DNA of 62,296 nucleotides, counting the filler, from Sluysia triapertura (lineage: Eukaryota), in the NCBI GenBank assembly GCA_046118255.1. It is 5 parts of 5 records of this genome, joined end to end, with 100 filler letters (N's around TTAATTAATTAA, not from the genome) between each part and the next. Parts side by side here need not be neighbours in the genome. Positions count along the whole stretch, not along the records: positions 51,229 to 62,296 come from JBJNIA010189353.1; 4 more parts are not named here. One strand, given 5' to 3'. Positions within the stretch are counted from its first letter, which is position 1. Each line of letters opens with the position of its first letter. Below are positions 51,229 through 62,296 of the stretch, piece after piece. A program made the translations under genes and the position numbers. Under the pieces are notes generated by a model. It had not been told where the DNA came from. It worked only from the letters and a program-made list of their open reading frames with translations, and ran no database searches.

Positions 51229-51334
51229 TACACAACCATTGGGACGATCTGTTAGGCTGTTTAAAGCTACTTTTAACCCACTGATGCAGAACATAGTTTC
51301 TGTGGGACCCATCGTCCCATTGGTAGTCAAAGGG
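51229..51334 (-). mobile_element. piggyBac-type MITE, partial (contig start)
   Basis: ...TTGGTAGTCAAAGGG|TTAA; reverse complement of the left ~105 bp of 61988-62219. Confidence 0.88.
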
Positions 51335-51777
51335 TTAAGTGAATCTTGGTTTGGGATTAATATTTTAAGAATTTTTTTAGACGACGTATTATATTTAATT
51401 GAAAATATAATAATTTTTTGATAGTTTTGTTAATGTTGATAATATTAATAATTTTGATAGTATTACCGTTTATAGTTAATTATTTTGACATAATACTTTT
51501 GGTAAATTTCTATATTGATACCATTTTCAAAAATAAAGTATTTTTGTAAACATTATTTTTGAAAAAAGAATTATAATAATAAATAAATCATTTTTAGGCA
51601 TTTTCAGCCCTGGTTAGTAATTTTTATATATTGGTAAATCTTGAGATTGTGATATAATTTAATTATAATTTTACCAAATAGACTTAATTTGATTTTTCAA
51701 AAAGTTACGCTGATTTTATTAATAAGATATTTGATTTTATAAGAGTTACTTTGATTTTATAAGAAAGTTATTTTAAT

Positions 51778-51963
51778 TTGGCAAAAGGTATTCTGAATTT
51801 ACGAAGAAAAGAAAAGAGAAAGTTATTTTGGTTTACAAAAATGAGATTATGTTATCAATGTAATAAAAGAGGACACATACGACCAGAATGTGGATTGTTG
51901 CTTAACAAAAATAATCCAGTTAACAGACGAAATTATAAAAAAATTATTACGAACAAAGGATAA
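51778..51963 (+). mobile_element. Retroelement gag zinc knuckle fragment
   Basis: CYQCNKRGHIRPEC = CX2CX4HX4C. Confidence 0.75.
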
Positions 51964-53081
51964 AATGCCTGTTTTTCATTCATTCAATCTAGATATAGAA
52001 AATGTGACCTAAGAAAATAGACGTCTTAAAACAATAGTTAAAGTATTATTAATCCAACTTAAACGATAGAAAATCAATGATGAAAAAAATGGTGAAGAAA
52101 CCGATGAAGGAATGTTGGGTAATTTATTCTTGGTAAAGGATGCTGAGAGACACACTAAAGCAAATGTTGTTTTTGATAGTGATGCTAGTAATGAAGAATC
52201 TAGAAAATATATTAGAAAGATATTAGCAAATTTCAAGAAATAAAAACTGAATTACGGATCACCTGCAATAATGAATACGGTAGTTCAGTATGTAAATTAA
52301 GACGATAGAAATCAGAACCTGTATTAAGTTACAAAAAAGGTTAATAAATACATTGTGCTTTAGTAACACAGTAAATAAGCAACATCCTTCTTTTGAAAAA
52401 GAAATAATGCAAGAAAATTCTCAAAAAAGTTGTTTTGAGAAAAGCAGTATTTCATTAAAATATATTTTAACATTAATAACTATTTTAATATTTCTTGGAT
52501 AAAATCACCAAAAATTTAGACTTAAATATGCTCCAAATTAAGTTTGTTCAACTTCAACAAAAAAAGTCATTTATATTTATTCGAATTTACAACATCGAAC
52601 ACTTTTTCTGCGAAACCTACACTAATATATTATAACAAATATCAACTTGGGACAATAGGAAGTACGACTGCATGTGGCTCTGAAAACAGGTCGACCATGT
52701 AGTGTACCATGCCCCACAATCGATATATTGTTATTATTACGTTGGAATCTTGTTTTATACTTGTTTAACGATTATTTATATTGCAGATTTTATTCTTAAC
52801 TACAAAATACATTTTTTAAAAGACAAACATTCTAGGATAGAAGTAAGAAAGCCGATATTTGGTTCTTGGAGTACAATTTAATAAAGTTTACTAGCTGACT
52901 CAGAGCTGACTCAACTAATAAATTTATTGACGCCGTTATTGTTATTGACAATATTTAACAGTTAGTAACTCATGCATTTATTAAAGGGCAGTGTGAATTT
53001 TATTACTATATCTCCACGTACATCATTTGCCTTGGCTCCGAAGTGACATCTAAATAAAAATGAGAATCATTTTTATCAAAG

Positions 53082-54415
53082 TTATATAAAGTCAACAAAA
53101 GAAAAATGTACATTCTTGAGATACTGCAAAACTTGCGAATTCAGCGTCAATAAGTCTTGAACTTGAAACCATGAGTAAAAGGTGAACTTAGTTTTATTAA
53201 AATTGATTTCTATTTTATTCTTCAACAAATAAAATTCTAATAGAGTAAAAACCTTAGTTATATCACACTTTGATAATCTTAGCATACATTCTGTAAAAAT
53301 ATTGTACAATTCGCTAATAGTGAAAACATTGTTGCCTCTGATATTAGACTTGTGAACAATCATACAAACGTTTGAATTACGATCACTAATAAAATCATCA
53401 TAATAGGTAATTTTATTCACTTGATTCTTTTTAGATCCTTTATAGAAAATATTTATTTTATAATTAAAAACTTTAGATGGATGGTAATAACTTGAAAACA
53501 TCTTTGAAAATTCGATCAATTAATGTGAACATAAATTCGAGAATCAAATTATCATTGACATGAAAGATGAGATAACTCATCACATGATGAGCGGAGTCAC
53601 TAATAATATTTATTTTATCTTTTGTGTTTAACACAAAATAAAGTAGACAATCAATATACGTTATTGTCGAATCATCATAAAAAAATACAGAGTCAATAAA
53701 TATAAAACATGTAATAAAACTTAAAATTTTGTTTACGGGAAACGGTCATAAGTATATTAATTGAAACGTCAATACTCTCTTTAATACTATCGTAGTCTTT
53801 CAGAATATCAATTAAGAGAATCATAGATTCATCTACATTATTCATTTCACTAAATGTGGTATTACTTTTTATATCTTTAGCCATATACTCTTCAAGTAAA
53901 TGAGAATAAAAAGAAATAATATATTTAGTTAAAATTTTCGCTAATAGTAACTGAAATCGTTCTTTAAAGAATAATAACAATAATAAGCTCTTACTATGTT
54001 TATCTTTCGGATCCATGGATTTTAAACTGTAAATTTGAAACAAACTTTTTATCCATTCTACAAGTTGAACTAAGTAACTTGCACATCGTACGCAGATTGG
54101 ATCGGTTAGGTCTATAGACTCGAAATTGAAACATTTCACTTTTACATATAAATTACTGATCATTAAACTAAATAATTTGTTGTTGTAAGTTGATGCCGGA
54201 GACAACTTCATTAGGATATCAAATGTTTGACAGATAGAATCATATAAAATTTCACACAATTTCTTAATCTCGTTTAACTTTATTGTTATAGGATCATCAT
54301 TACAAGTAGTGTTGATTTGATAACGAATTTTATCATTTGTAGGTGAAATTTTGTACTGTATATTGATCCCTACATATGGTAAGTAGTGAGGCTGCACAGA
54401 AATAATCTTGGACAT
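53082..54415 (-). pseudogene. Intronless ~440-codon gene of unknown function split by two frameshifts
   Basis: ORFs 53693..54415 and 53082..53519 are bridged by an overlapping third-frame open stretch SFITCFIFIDSVFFYDD...KDVFKLLPSI. Confidence 0.6.
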
Positions 54416-54834
54416 GTCTACAAAAAAAACGAATTACGGAGCCAATTTTCTGTATTAATTTCAAACGCTGTGATTAGAACTGTCAACATTGATGGTGGCA
54501 GTTACTGATTTAACTAAAAATTAATAACTTTTACAAATCAAAAATGATAAAAATAAATCAGAATTAATAAAATTAAAACGGTGATAATAATAATTTCGAA
54601 TATGGTTGAAGTTTGATCACTATGAATGTGAAGTAAAATATTTTTGATGGATTTGTTACTGTAAATTGGTGGTATTGAATGTAATTGTGATTTGTGAACT
54701 TGTGAGTATACATTGATTTTAGTAGATGAACTGTTTGATGAGTAAAGCAAAGATAGATATGCGTGGATATTAAAGTGTTGAAGAATTATCTTTTGCATGA
54801 AATTTAATAATATTAAAGGTTGATCACCACAGAT

Positions 54835-54975
54835 ACATTGTAAGAAGTTTATTTTCATCTAAGAACTTTGACAATTATTGTAAAACTGCTTTTTTCAATC
54901 AGTTTTGATGAGTATTATGTTTGATACGGGTCTGTAATTATTTAAAAGCAATGGATCACCATGTTTCAGATGCTG
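54835..54975 (-). mobile_element. L2/CR1 LINE RT fragment
   Basis: LKHGDPLLLNNYRPVSN...SKLIEKAVLQ*LSKFLDENKLL. Confidence 0.8.
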
Positions 54976-55640
54976 GAATTTGATATATTATATGTAATTA
55001 CACTAACGAATGCATTCTCGAACATGTTCAATGCTCTTTCATCTGCATTTTTACTAGAATTCATCAGTCTGCTGTACTGATTATTAGACTAATAATCTGT
55101 TAAAACAATATAATCAAACATATTTAATTGTCATGAAAATATCTGTAAGAATACTGATAACTTAATATAATTCAATTATGTGAGAATGTAGAAAAAGCCA
55201 TAACTTTTGTATTTCATGCTTTAATTTATCAACATTAGGTGCCTTAATCTTATCCCGATTCACAATTTTTGTAGTAACTTGTACTTCGGTTGATTTATGT
55301 AAACCAACTTTTAACTTACAATACTCTCAATGTAAATTTCTACTCGCATTTCAGATAATCCTCTTATAAATTTAATTTCTATTTTGCGCTAATCTTTTTT
55401 TTTTACTTAAAAACGATTACTTTTATGAATGCACTCATTTCATTTTGCTACGCCTACTCTTTTTACCAACATGATTACGTAATGTCATTATAACTCTTAC
55501 TCTTAATTAACTGCATGCAAGCAATAATTATGTAACATCGAAATGCACCAATTTTAATGTGATGTAACAGTTGGTGTACCACAACATAATGTATCAACTA
55601 TTACATCAATTTATTAACTCAGTTTAAAACCTTTTAGCAA

Positions 55641-55709
<69 letters not shown>

Positions 55710-57774
55710 ATTATAAATTATTTCATTAATTTTTTGTCTTTCTTGAATTTCTTTTAGCTTTCCTATATTTTTGCTTATTTAAAACATGATCTTGCATAAA
55801 TGTAACATTTTAATATTTCGAAAAATGATTTCTGCAGTTATGAAAAATGTTTGGAGAATTGTTTGGCGGTCTTTAAATATGATTGCGAATTTTGCTGAGT
55901 GTTTTAGGGGTTAAAGGATGTTAAAATTTTTGTTGACTTTTTGTGTCCTTTTAAATCTATTAAATCTTTCTATTAAATCATTTATTTCTTATTTCTCTAA
56001 CTTACAACATGATTTCGCATAAATTAACATATTTTTCGCGCATGGTCTATAGAATGAGTTTGTAAAATAAATTGGGTATTGTAATGTGTGACTTTTCATT
56101 GAAATATTGTTATTTTGTGTTCTAAAGGCGTGTTGATCTAAGATGAATTTCTGGAATCTGTTGACTTCTTGCTTTAATGTTATATGAATATGTCTGTGGT
56201 TAATTTATGTGCTGAATTTGTCCACTATAATGTTATTGTTTAATACTTATACTTATAATGTTTGATTGAGTGACGTTGTGAATTTCTTGAGTGTGAAATT
56301 CGTAAGATATAAAGTGTGAAAAGGATTATGGTTAAGGATTATGTGAATTAAACTGGGAATTTTGTTAAGTATGTTGAAGGTTAAAATTTTGTTATGAGCT
56401 GATTTTATAATAAAATCATATGTAATGAGTTTGATATTTTATAGGTCCCATCGTGTATTATTGCTACTATGTATCGTTTAAAAAGAAGGATAGGGTTTAT
56501 TTCAACTTCTAATGTTATAATATGAATCTTAGGTAGTTTATATTGTTTAATTTTATGATCATATTTAAAAGGAAACTATATTTTAAACTTTAAGTTTGTA
56601 AGGATACGATTTCTCACTTTTATTTTAAACCCAAAGTAAAGAATTTCATAAACAATAAAAATTATTTAAAACACGAAATTTTCTGCAAATCATTTCGAAT
56701 TTTAAATGTTATTTTACAGTCAAATAGGATTTGGTGGCTTCATTAAACTTTATTTTAATACTTTCGATTTTCGATTGTGATTCTTTATATTTTAAATAAT
56801 AAATATGAACACATTATTTTGAGTTGTCAATGCATAATTTTCTCACACATGCATTTTTTACAATGCTGGATAATCTTGCTGATTGTTATTCAGTTTCATG
56901 TGTGGCATATCTTTTAATAGATGTTTCATTATTTTGATACTTGTACCGGCTGAACTAACGCATTTAATGCCATATTTCAATTGGTATAGTTAAATTTATG
57001 TTAATTTTAAACGGTTGTTCATAAGTGATAACAGAAATATATTGTTCATTTTTTTGTCGTTAACTTAATTGGCAAGAATTTTATCGTCTTGGATCTAAAT
57101 TTTATTAAAACTTTTAGATTGCTTACTGTATCTAAATCGATTCGTCTTTGTTATAATTTGAAAGTTCTACTAAAACTTGGATAAATTGTAGTTTATTTTT
57201 TGCAAAATTATTGAGATTTTCTTTTCAAATTTCCAAATTTGTAGTATATATTCACTTGATGCTTCTTCAGCTAAAGTAGCTTCTTTTGAAATTTTTCTCC
57301 AAGAGAATTTCATTTAGGATAATGAATGAATGAATGGATTTAATTTATTTCGATTGTGTCTTAACCAAATTGATATTCGATGACAATAAAATGAACAGCT
57401 CAAGTTAGACAAATATACAAACTTTTCAAGTAAACTTTACAAGTTTCATGATGATATAGTAATATAATTGGACTAACAAGGATGTAAAAACATATTTTAC
57501 AAATCAAATATTCTTTTTATAATTAAAAAATGAACACAAAAATTATTAATTTTATTAACTATGTATTATACAATAATTATTAACAACGCTTTCGAGTATA
57601 ATTTTTTTAATGATTTATATTTCAATAAATTTGGATTGGCAACAATTGTAACCAATCCAGATTTCATTGATGTGCTGATAAAGTCCTCATCGAGAGCACT
57701 AAATGATGAACTTTAATAATAATAATGATAATCATAATATTAGTAATAATAATGATAATAATATTAATAAATTA

Positions 57775-58000
57775 TATTGTGTTAATATCTACTGCAAAAT
57801 AAGTACTCGATAGCGCTACTTATTTCACCATAATATTTCTGAAACAGAAAGAACTTTGCTTTTTTCTTAAATATTTCAATCTTTCAGTAATTTAACATTC
57901 ACTGGTAGCTAAACATTGTACAACCTATCATCAAGCTTATGATCATTGTAGATTCAGTGTAAATTATTATATCTTAATGACATATTCAATTTGTTTTCCG
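57775..58000 (-). mobile_element. Truncated 3' end of the same L2-like family, with AAT-rich tail at ~57715-57775
   Basis: Shares ataatatttctgaaacagaaagaactttgc...cagtaattt(g/a)acattc with 7975-8060; a shorter trace sits near 4490-4530. Confidence 0.75.
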
Positions 58001-60293
58001 AATTTTTTATAAACTGTTATTATTTAATTATAGTTTATGGTCTGGCCAAGATTCTATCGCAGCATTAACAATTTGTTTTCATTAGTCATTTATTGAGTTG
58101 GAACATATAACCAATTAAATTCGTTGACAGAAAAATTTAAAAATCATTAAACATTTATTTAAAGTTTCACTTTACTTTTAAAAGTAATAAACTTATTAAG
58201 AATAATGTATGAAAAATCAAATTAATGTTTATTTTAAATTTACATTATTAATTTAAGTACTTGATAAACATCAAGTAAATAAAAATAAATAAAAACATTC
58301 TTAAAATTATATACATTTATATATAAATATATTTTTTTCCAAATTATGAAATTATCCTTATTTTTTGATTGGATAAAACGTTTCGTAATTAGTTATAGAT
58401 CAATAATTTTTTAAAAATCAATATTGAAACTATTTATTTACGAAACTATAACCATTGGCAATGATTTTTATTTTGTTTATTTTAATGATTTTATGTTAAT
58501 GAGACTTAATTTTATCTAAATTATTAATGCTTTAAATTTTCTACTTTCAATTGATTAAACCATCAATACTGTAATAAATCTATTATTGTTTTAATAGTCG
58601 TTCTTAAATTACTGATATAGTAAAGAAATTTAAATACTTTTTGTTTATTAATGTATTTTAATAATTTATTTATTTAATAATTTCACTTTTTACTTATTCT
58701 AGATTATTATAATAATTATTAAAATTATAAAATTTATTTATTTCAATGTCTCGAATTATCGTAAATATTACGAATATTTAACTAAGGGTAATATAATTTC
58801 GCATAAATTCTATCCAATCGGTTTGTGATTAGTCTTTATATCGGCGAGATTAGTTCGAATGACATAGATGGAAGTGCAAATCATTAGTTTTATTACATTT
58901 TATAATACCTATTTTAATATTAATATTAAGTTTTATAATAATTTTATTTCATAAATTCCATATTTTTTATTAATATTTTTTTGTTATTTATTTTTATTAT
59001 TTAGTTTTTTTACTCCATGACATTTTTTTCATTAATTTAATTTTTCATTAAATCCTTCTAATTCAACACTGAGAAGTCCTAACAATGCTGTATATACTAA
59101 ATGTTGTTAACCGAAATTAATCTTCACCAATGAAAATTAATCCATCCAAATATTCGTCAAATAACTTGTCGAAATATATTCAAATGATTCAGTTCAGTAT
59201 AATTCATATTATAATGGTAATTTATTTCAAAATATATTCAAGTAATACGATCCAATATAAATGCAATCATTTCCAATACGTCAGAAATTAAATATTCGTA
59301 TTATAAAGTTATTATATTTTCGAATATGGAAAACACTTATTGTATTATATTATGGATATTACATTCTACAATAATACTTATTTACAGTTAAATTCTATTA
59401 AATTCTATCAATTTCTTTTAGCAGTTATATCATATAAGTATTCTGACATACACATCATTGTAATAATTTTGGGAATTTCAATTTTCTGTTATAATATTGG
59501 TTTAATCCTTAATTCAATTTCTTAGTAGCTTTTCGTCTGTTAGTATTAGTTTGTGGTTGTTTGTAGCAGAACCTTACTAAAAAAAGTTTAAAAAATCACA
59601 CCAGAAAACTCGAAGTGAATCAATAGAATATTACAACTTTAGTAAAGTTATCATTTTATAATAATCTAGAATGATTAATGTTTTGCATTTTGGCAAAGGT
59701 AAACCTAAGCATGAAACATAACCATATTATTTAGAATAAAGTAATATATAATTTAAATTTATTACAATTTGAATAAGTTAAATTAAAGAAATATATATCA
59801 ATATCAATAAAAACCATAATTAACTAGAAGTAATAAGACAAATAATGTCATTTGTTTTTGACATTTCAACAAATTTTTTTCTCAAAATATCTTTTTATTT
59901 ATGTTTTAAATCATCAAACTTGTCATTTCATAATTTAGGAAAATCCAACAATATTGACTTTTGTCTTCGTTTCCCATTTTCTACACGCCGATTTAATACA
60001 TTCAAAAGGATTGTTGTTTTTTATTACTAATATATTTTTATGACTTTCTTTGTTCATCCGACTTTATTAAACGTGTAATGTCTCATAGTGACATTTTTAA
60101 TCAATAAATCAATCTATTTCACACTTCTGTAATTAGAAATTTATAAGTGGGTCAAACATTTTATTTATTTATTAACAGTTATTAGTTATGTAAAACAATT
60201 CATAAAATATTATATTGAACATATATTAGCTAAACAATAATATGTTGATTGTGTAGATAATTATAACGTAAAACTTGTTTTTTCTAATTGCAG

Positions 60294-60565
60294 ATTATTG
60301 TGGATATGGAGTGGTTAGTTATTTTCGATTTCTTGGTTGGCTGTGCAATTTAAATTTATTAATTTTACTTATACAAGTATCAATTATGGAAATGCCTTTT
60401 ATATTGCTTGGTCCTGACACATTTGAAAAATGTAGAGCTGACGAAGTAACATTGAAAAGTGATATGGAAAATAAGTTTTCTGAAGCATTATATTGTTCAA
60501 ATAAATCAACTGCAATAGTATCTAATAACGTTTGGAAAAAAGTACTAGAAGTTATTGAAGGTAAG
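60294..60565 (+). CDS. Transmembrane channel-like (TMC family) protein, single internal exon covering the first TM segment
   Basis: ttgcag|ATTAT...GGTAAG|gtaagt. YCGYGVVSYFRFLGWLCNLNLLILLIQVSIMEMP matches the TMC motif HFGxGVxSYFxFLRWLxxLN; the end VLEVIEGK resembles the TMC DLLxGxG motif. Neighbouring exons not resolved. Confidence 0.8.
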
Positions 60566-61987
60566 GTAAGTAATTGAAACAACTTACTTTCATTTTTATG
60601 AATTTGAATGAAAATGGATTTTAAATTTAAAAATTAAAATTTCGTTTGAAAAAATTAATTTTAATGACTGTAACGAAATGAGTAGAAAATTTTTTTAAAT
60701 AAAAAATAACAAATAAATTTATTGAAGGATAATTGTTTTAATAAATTAATTAAATCCAAAGTATGTATAATTTGTAAAATATTGTGTAAATAATAATTTG
60801 TAAAAAGGTATTGTTAATAATTTGTTGAAAAATAATAATTCTTTGTAATAATTATAAATAAGTTGTTAATAATTTGTTGAAAAATAATAATTCTTTGTAA
60901 TAATTATAAATAATAATCATAATAATTATAATAATTGTAATAATTGAAAAATAATTAATTAGAAAGGATGTGTGTAATCAACTGTTTATCGTAATAAGTA
61001 AACTGTTTATTTTATATTTTATATCCGTAATATTTTTAATCATAATAACTTGATAATTTAATTATGTGAATTGTAAATAATCGAAAAAATAATATAATCA
61101 ATTGTTTTTAATTTATCATAATCATTGTTTATAGAATAATTAAATAATAATTAGTGAAAATTTAATCATAATCATTGTTTATAGAATAATTAACTACCCA
61201 GAGCCTCCTGAATGCCATATAAACTACTAAATAACTTTAGAACCTTAAAAAAACTTTAAATAATTGTTTTAAAAAATATAATATCACAAAATTATATCAC
61301 CTAACAACAAATGATCTTATTTTAATATGACCCAAAAAATTTATATTATAGGTATTAATAAAATTAAATAAAATAACAGAAATTACCAATTGAATGAATC
61401 TTCTAACGTAAACATTTTTTGTTGTGTTTAAAAATATTAATTATTCCCTTTTTACTTTTGTCGTCCAATCATTCCTAAATTCACAATCAGGAATTACTCT
61501 TACACAAATCGTCAAAACTTTCTTTAAGGATATAACCGACTACATGGTATAACTTGTCAAGCAAAACATAACAATTCAATGAACAATCAACTCTTATTTT
61601 TCTTCTACTCTACTCGATCAATTTTTTCATGTAAGACATTACAATAACAATAGTTATTACTATGAACATACTTTAAAATTATGGATTTAACTTTTGCTTT
61701 CGCAATTTAATTAATTTTCAATTCCTCGCTCATGAGACTCTAGATGTTTTTTCTCTCATCACTCTGATTCTTACTTACTTATTTTAATTATTGTATCAAA
61801 TGCATCTTTAATAAACTTTTGAATTAATGCCTGTCAAAATACATCGCTAATACCGAAACTATTCTACTATAGATACAACATTTTGTAATACGATAGCATG
61901 TGTCGAATCGAAATGGTTTTTATTTTGCAAAATGATACCCATATGTATTTTGTTGTATGATTTTTACGGTAAGTCCACTCTATTTAA

Positions 61988-62219
61988 CCCTTTGACTACC
62001 AATGGGACGATGGGTCACACAGAAACTGTCTTACATCAGTGGGTTAAAAGTAGCTTTAAACATACTAACAGATCGTCCCAATGGTTGTGTAGTGTTTATT
62101 GAATGACGTAAAGTCAGCTGGTGACCTTGGTCGGTTACATTTATTACTTGTGTTGTCACACTGCATCAATTAAGTTAATATTATAAAATGGGACCAAAAA
62201 AGGTTTGGTAGTGAAAGGA
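61988..62219 (+). mobile_element. Complete 232-bp piggyBac-type MITE
   Basis: TTAA at both flanks; TIRs CCCTTTGACTACCAA / TTGGTAGTGAAAGGA (13/15 match). Confidence 0.9.
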
Positions 62220-62296
62220 TTAAATAAGGTATTATTTTTGTGAAAAAATAGTACAATGCTTACAAAAACGATTCTGAATCCTGAAACATAATTTAG

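Noticed and set aside
55020-55075. CTGATGA...GAAA hammerhead-like text on the minus strand
   Set aside because: No G-C closing pair for stem II and no stem I pairing.

Overview
Very AT-rich eukaryotic, most likely metazoan, genomic DNA. The PKA intron positions match the vertebrate PRKACA layout. The window appears to be five contigs joined by 100-nt artificial spacers (N44-TTAATTAATTAA-N44), so adjacency across 16386-16485, 28592-28691, 39846-39945 and 51129-51228 is not evidence of linkage. Intact-looking host coding sequence is limited to five internal exons of a PKA catalytic subunit (minus strand, DLG in place of DFG) and one TMC-channel exon. The rest is decayed mobile DNA: a Gypsy LTR element, L2/CR1 and RTE-like LINE pieces, Tc1 remnants, hAT- and piggyBac-type MITEs and (ATT)n microsatellites. 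There is also an unexpectedly dense set of frameshifted, deletion-riddled gene copies that the ORF track mostly misses: cyclin, SET/NAP, ORC5-like, WDR81-like, RING, TMEM181-like, ARV1-like, an ankyrin + novel-domain family in 3 copies, and an unknown ~440-codon family in 2 copies. The most interesting candidate is a decayed Polinton/Maverick-like virus module at 12.9-15.1 kb: an A32-type packaging ATPase and a pX/mu-like GGILPL core protein next to an intronless cyclin with a 34-aa repeat tail. All homology calls are manual translations compared with family motifs recalled from memory; no searches were run.
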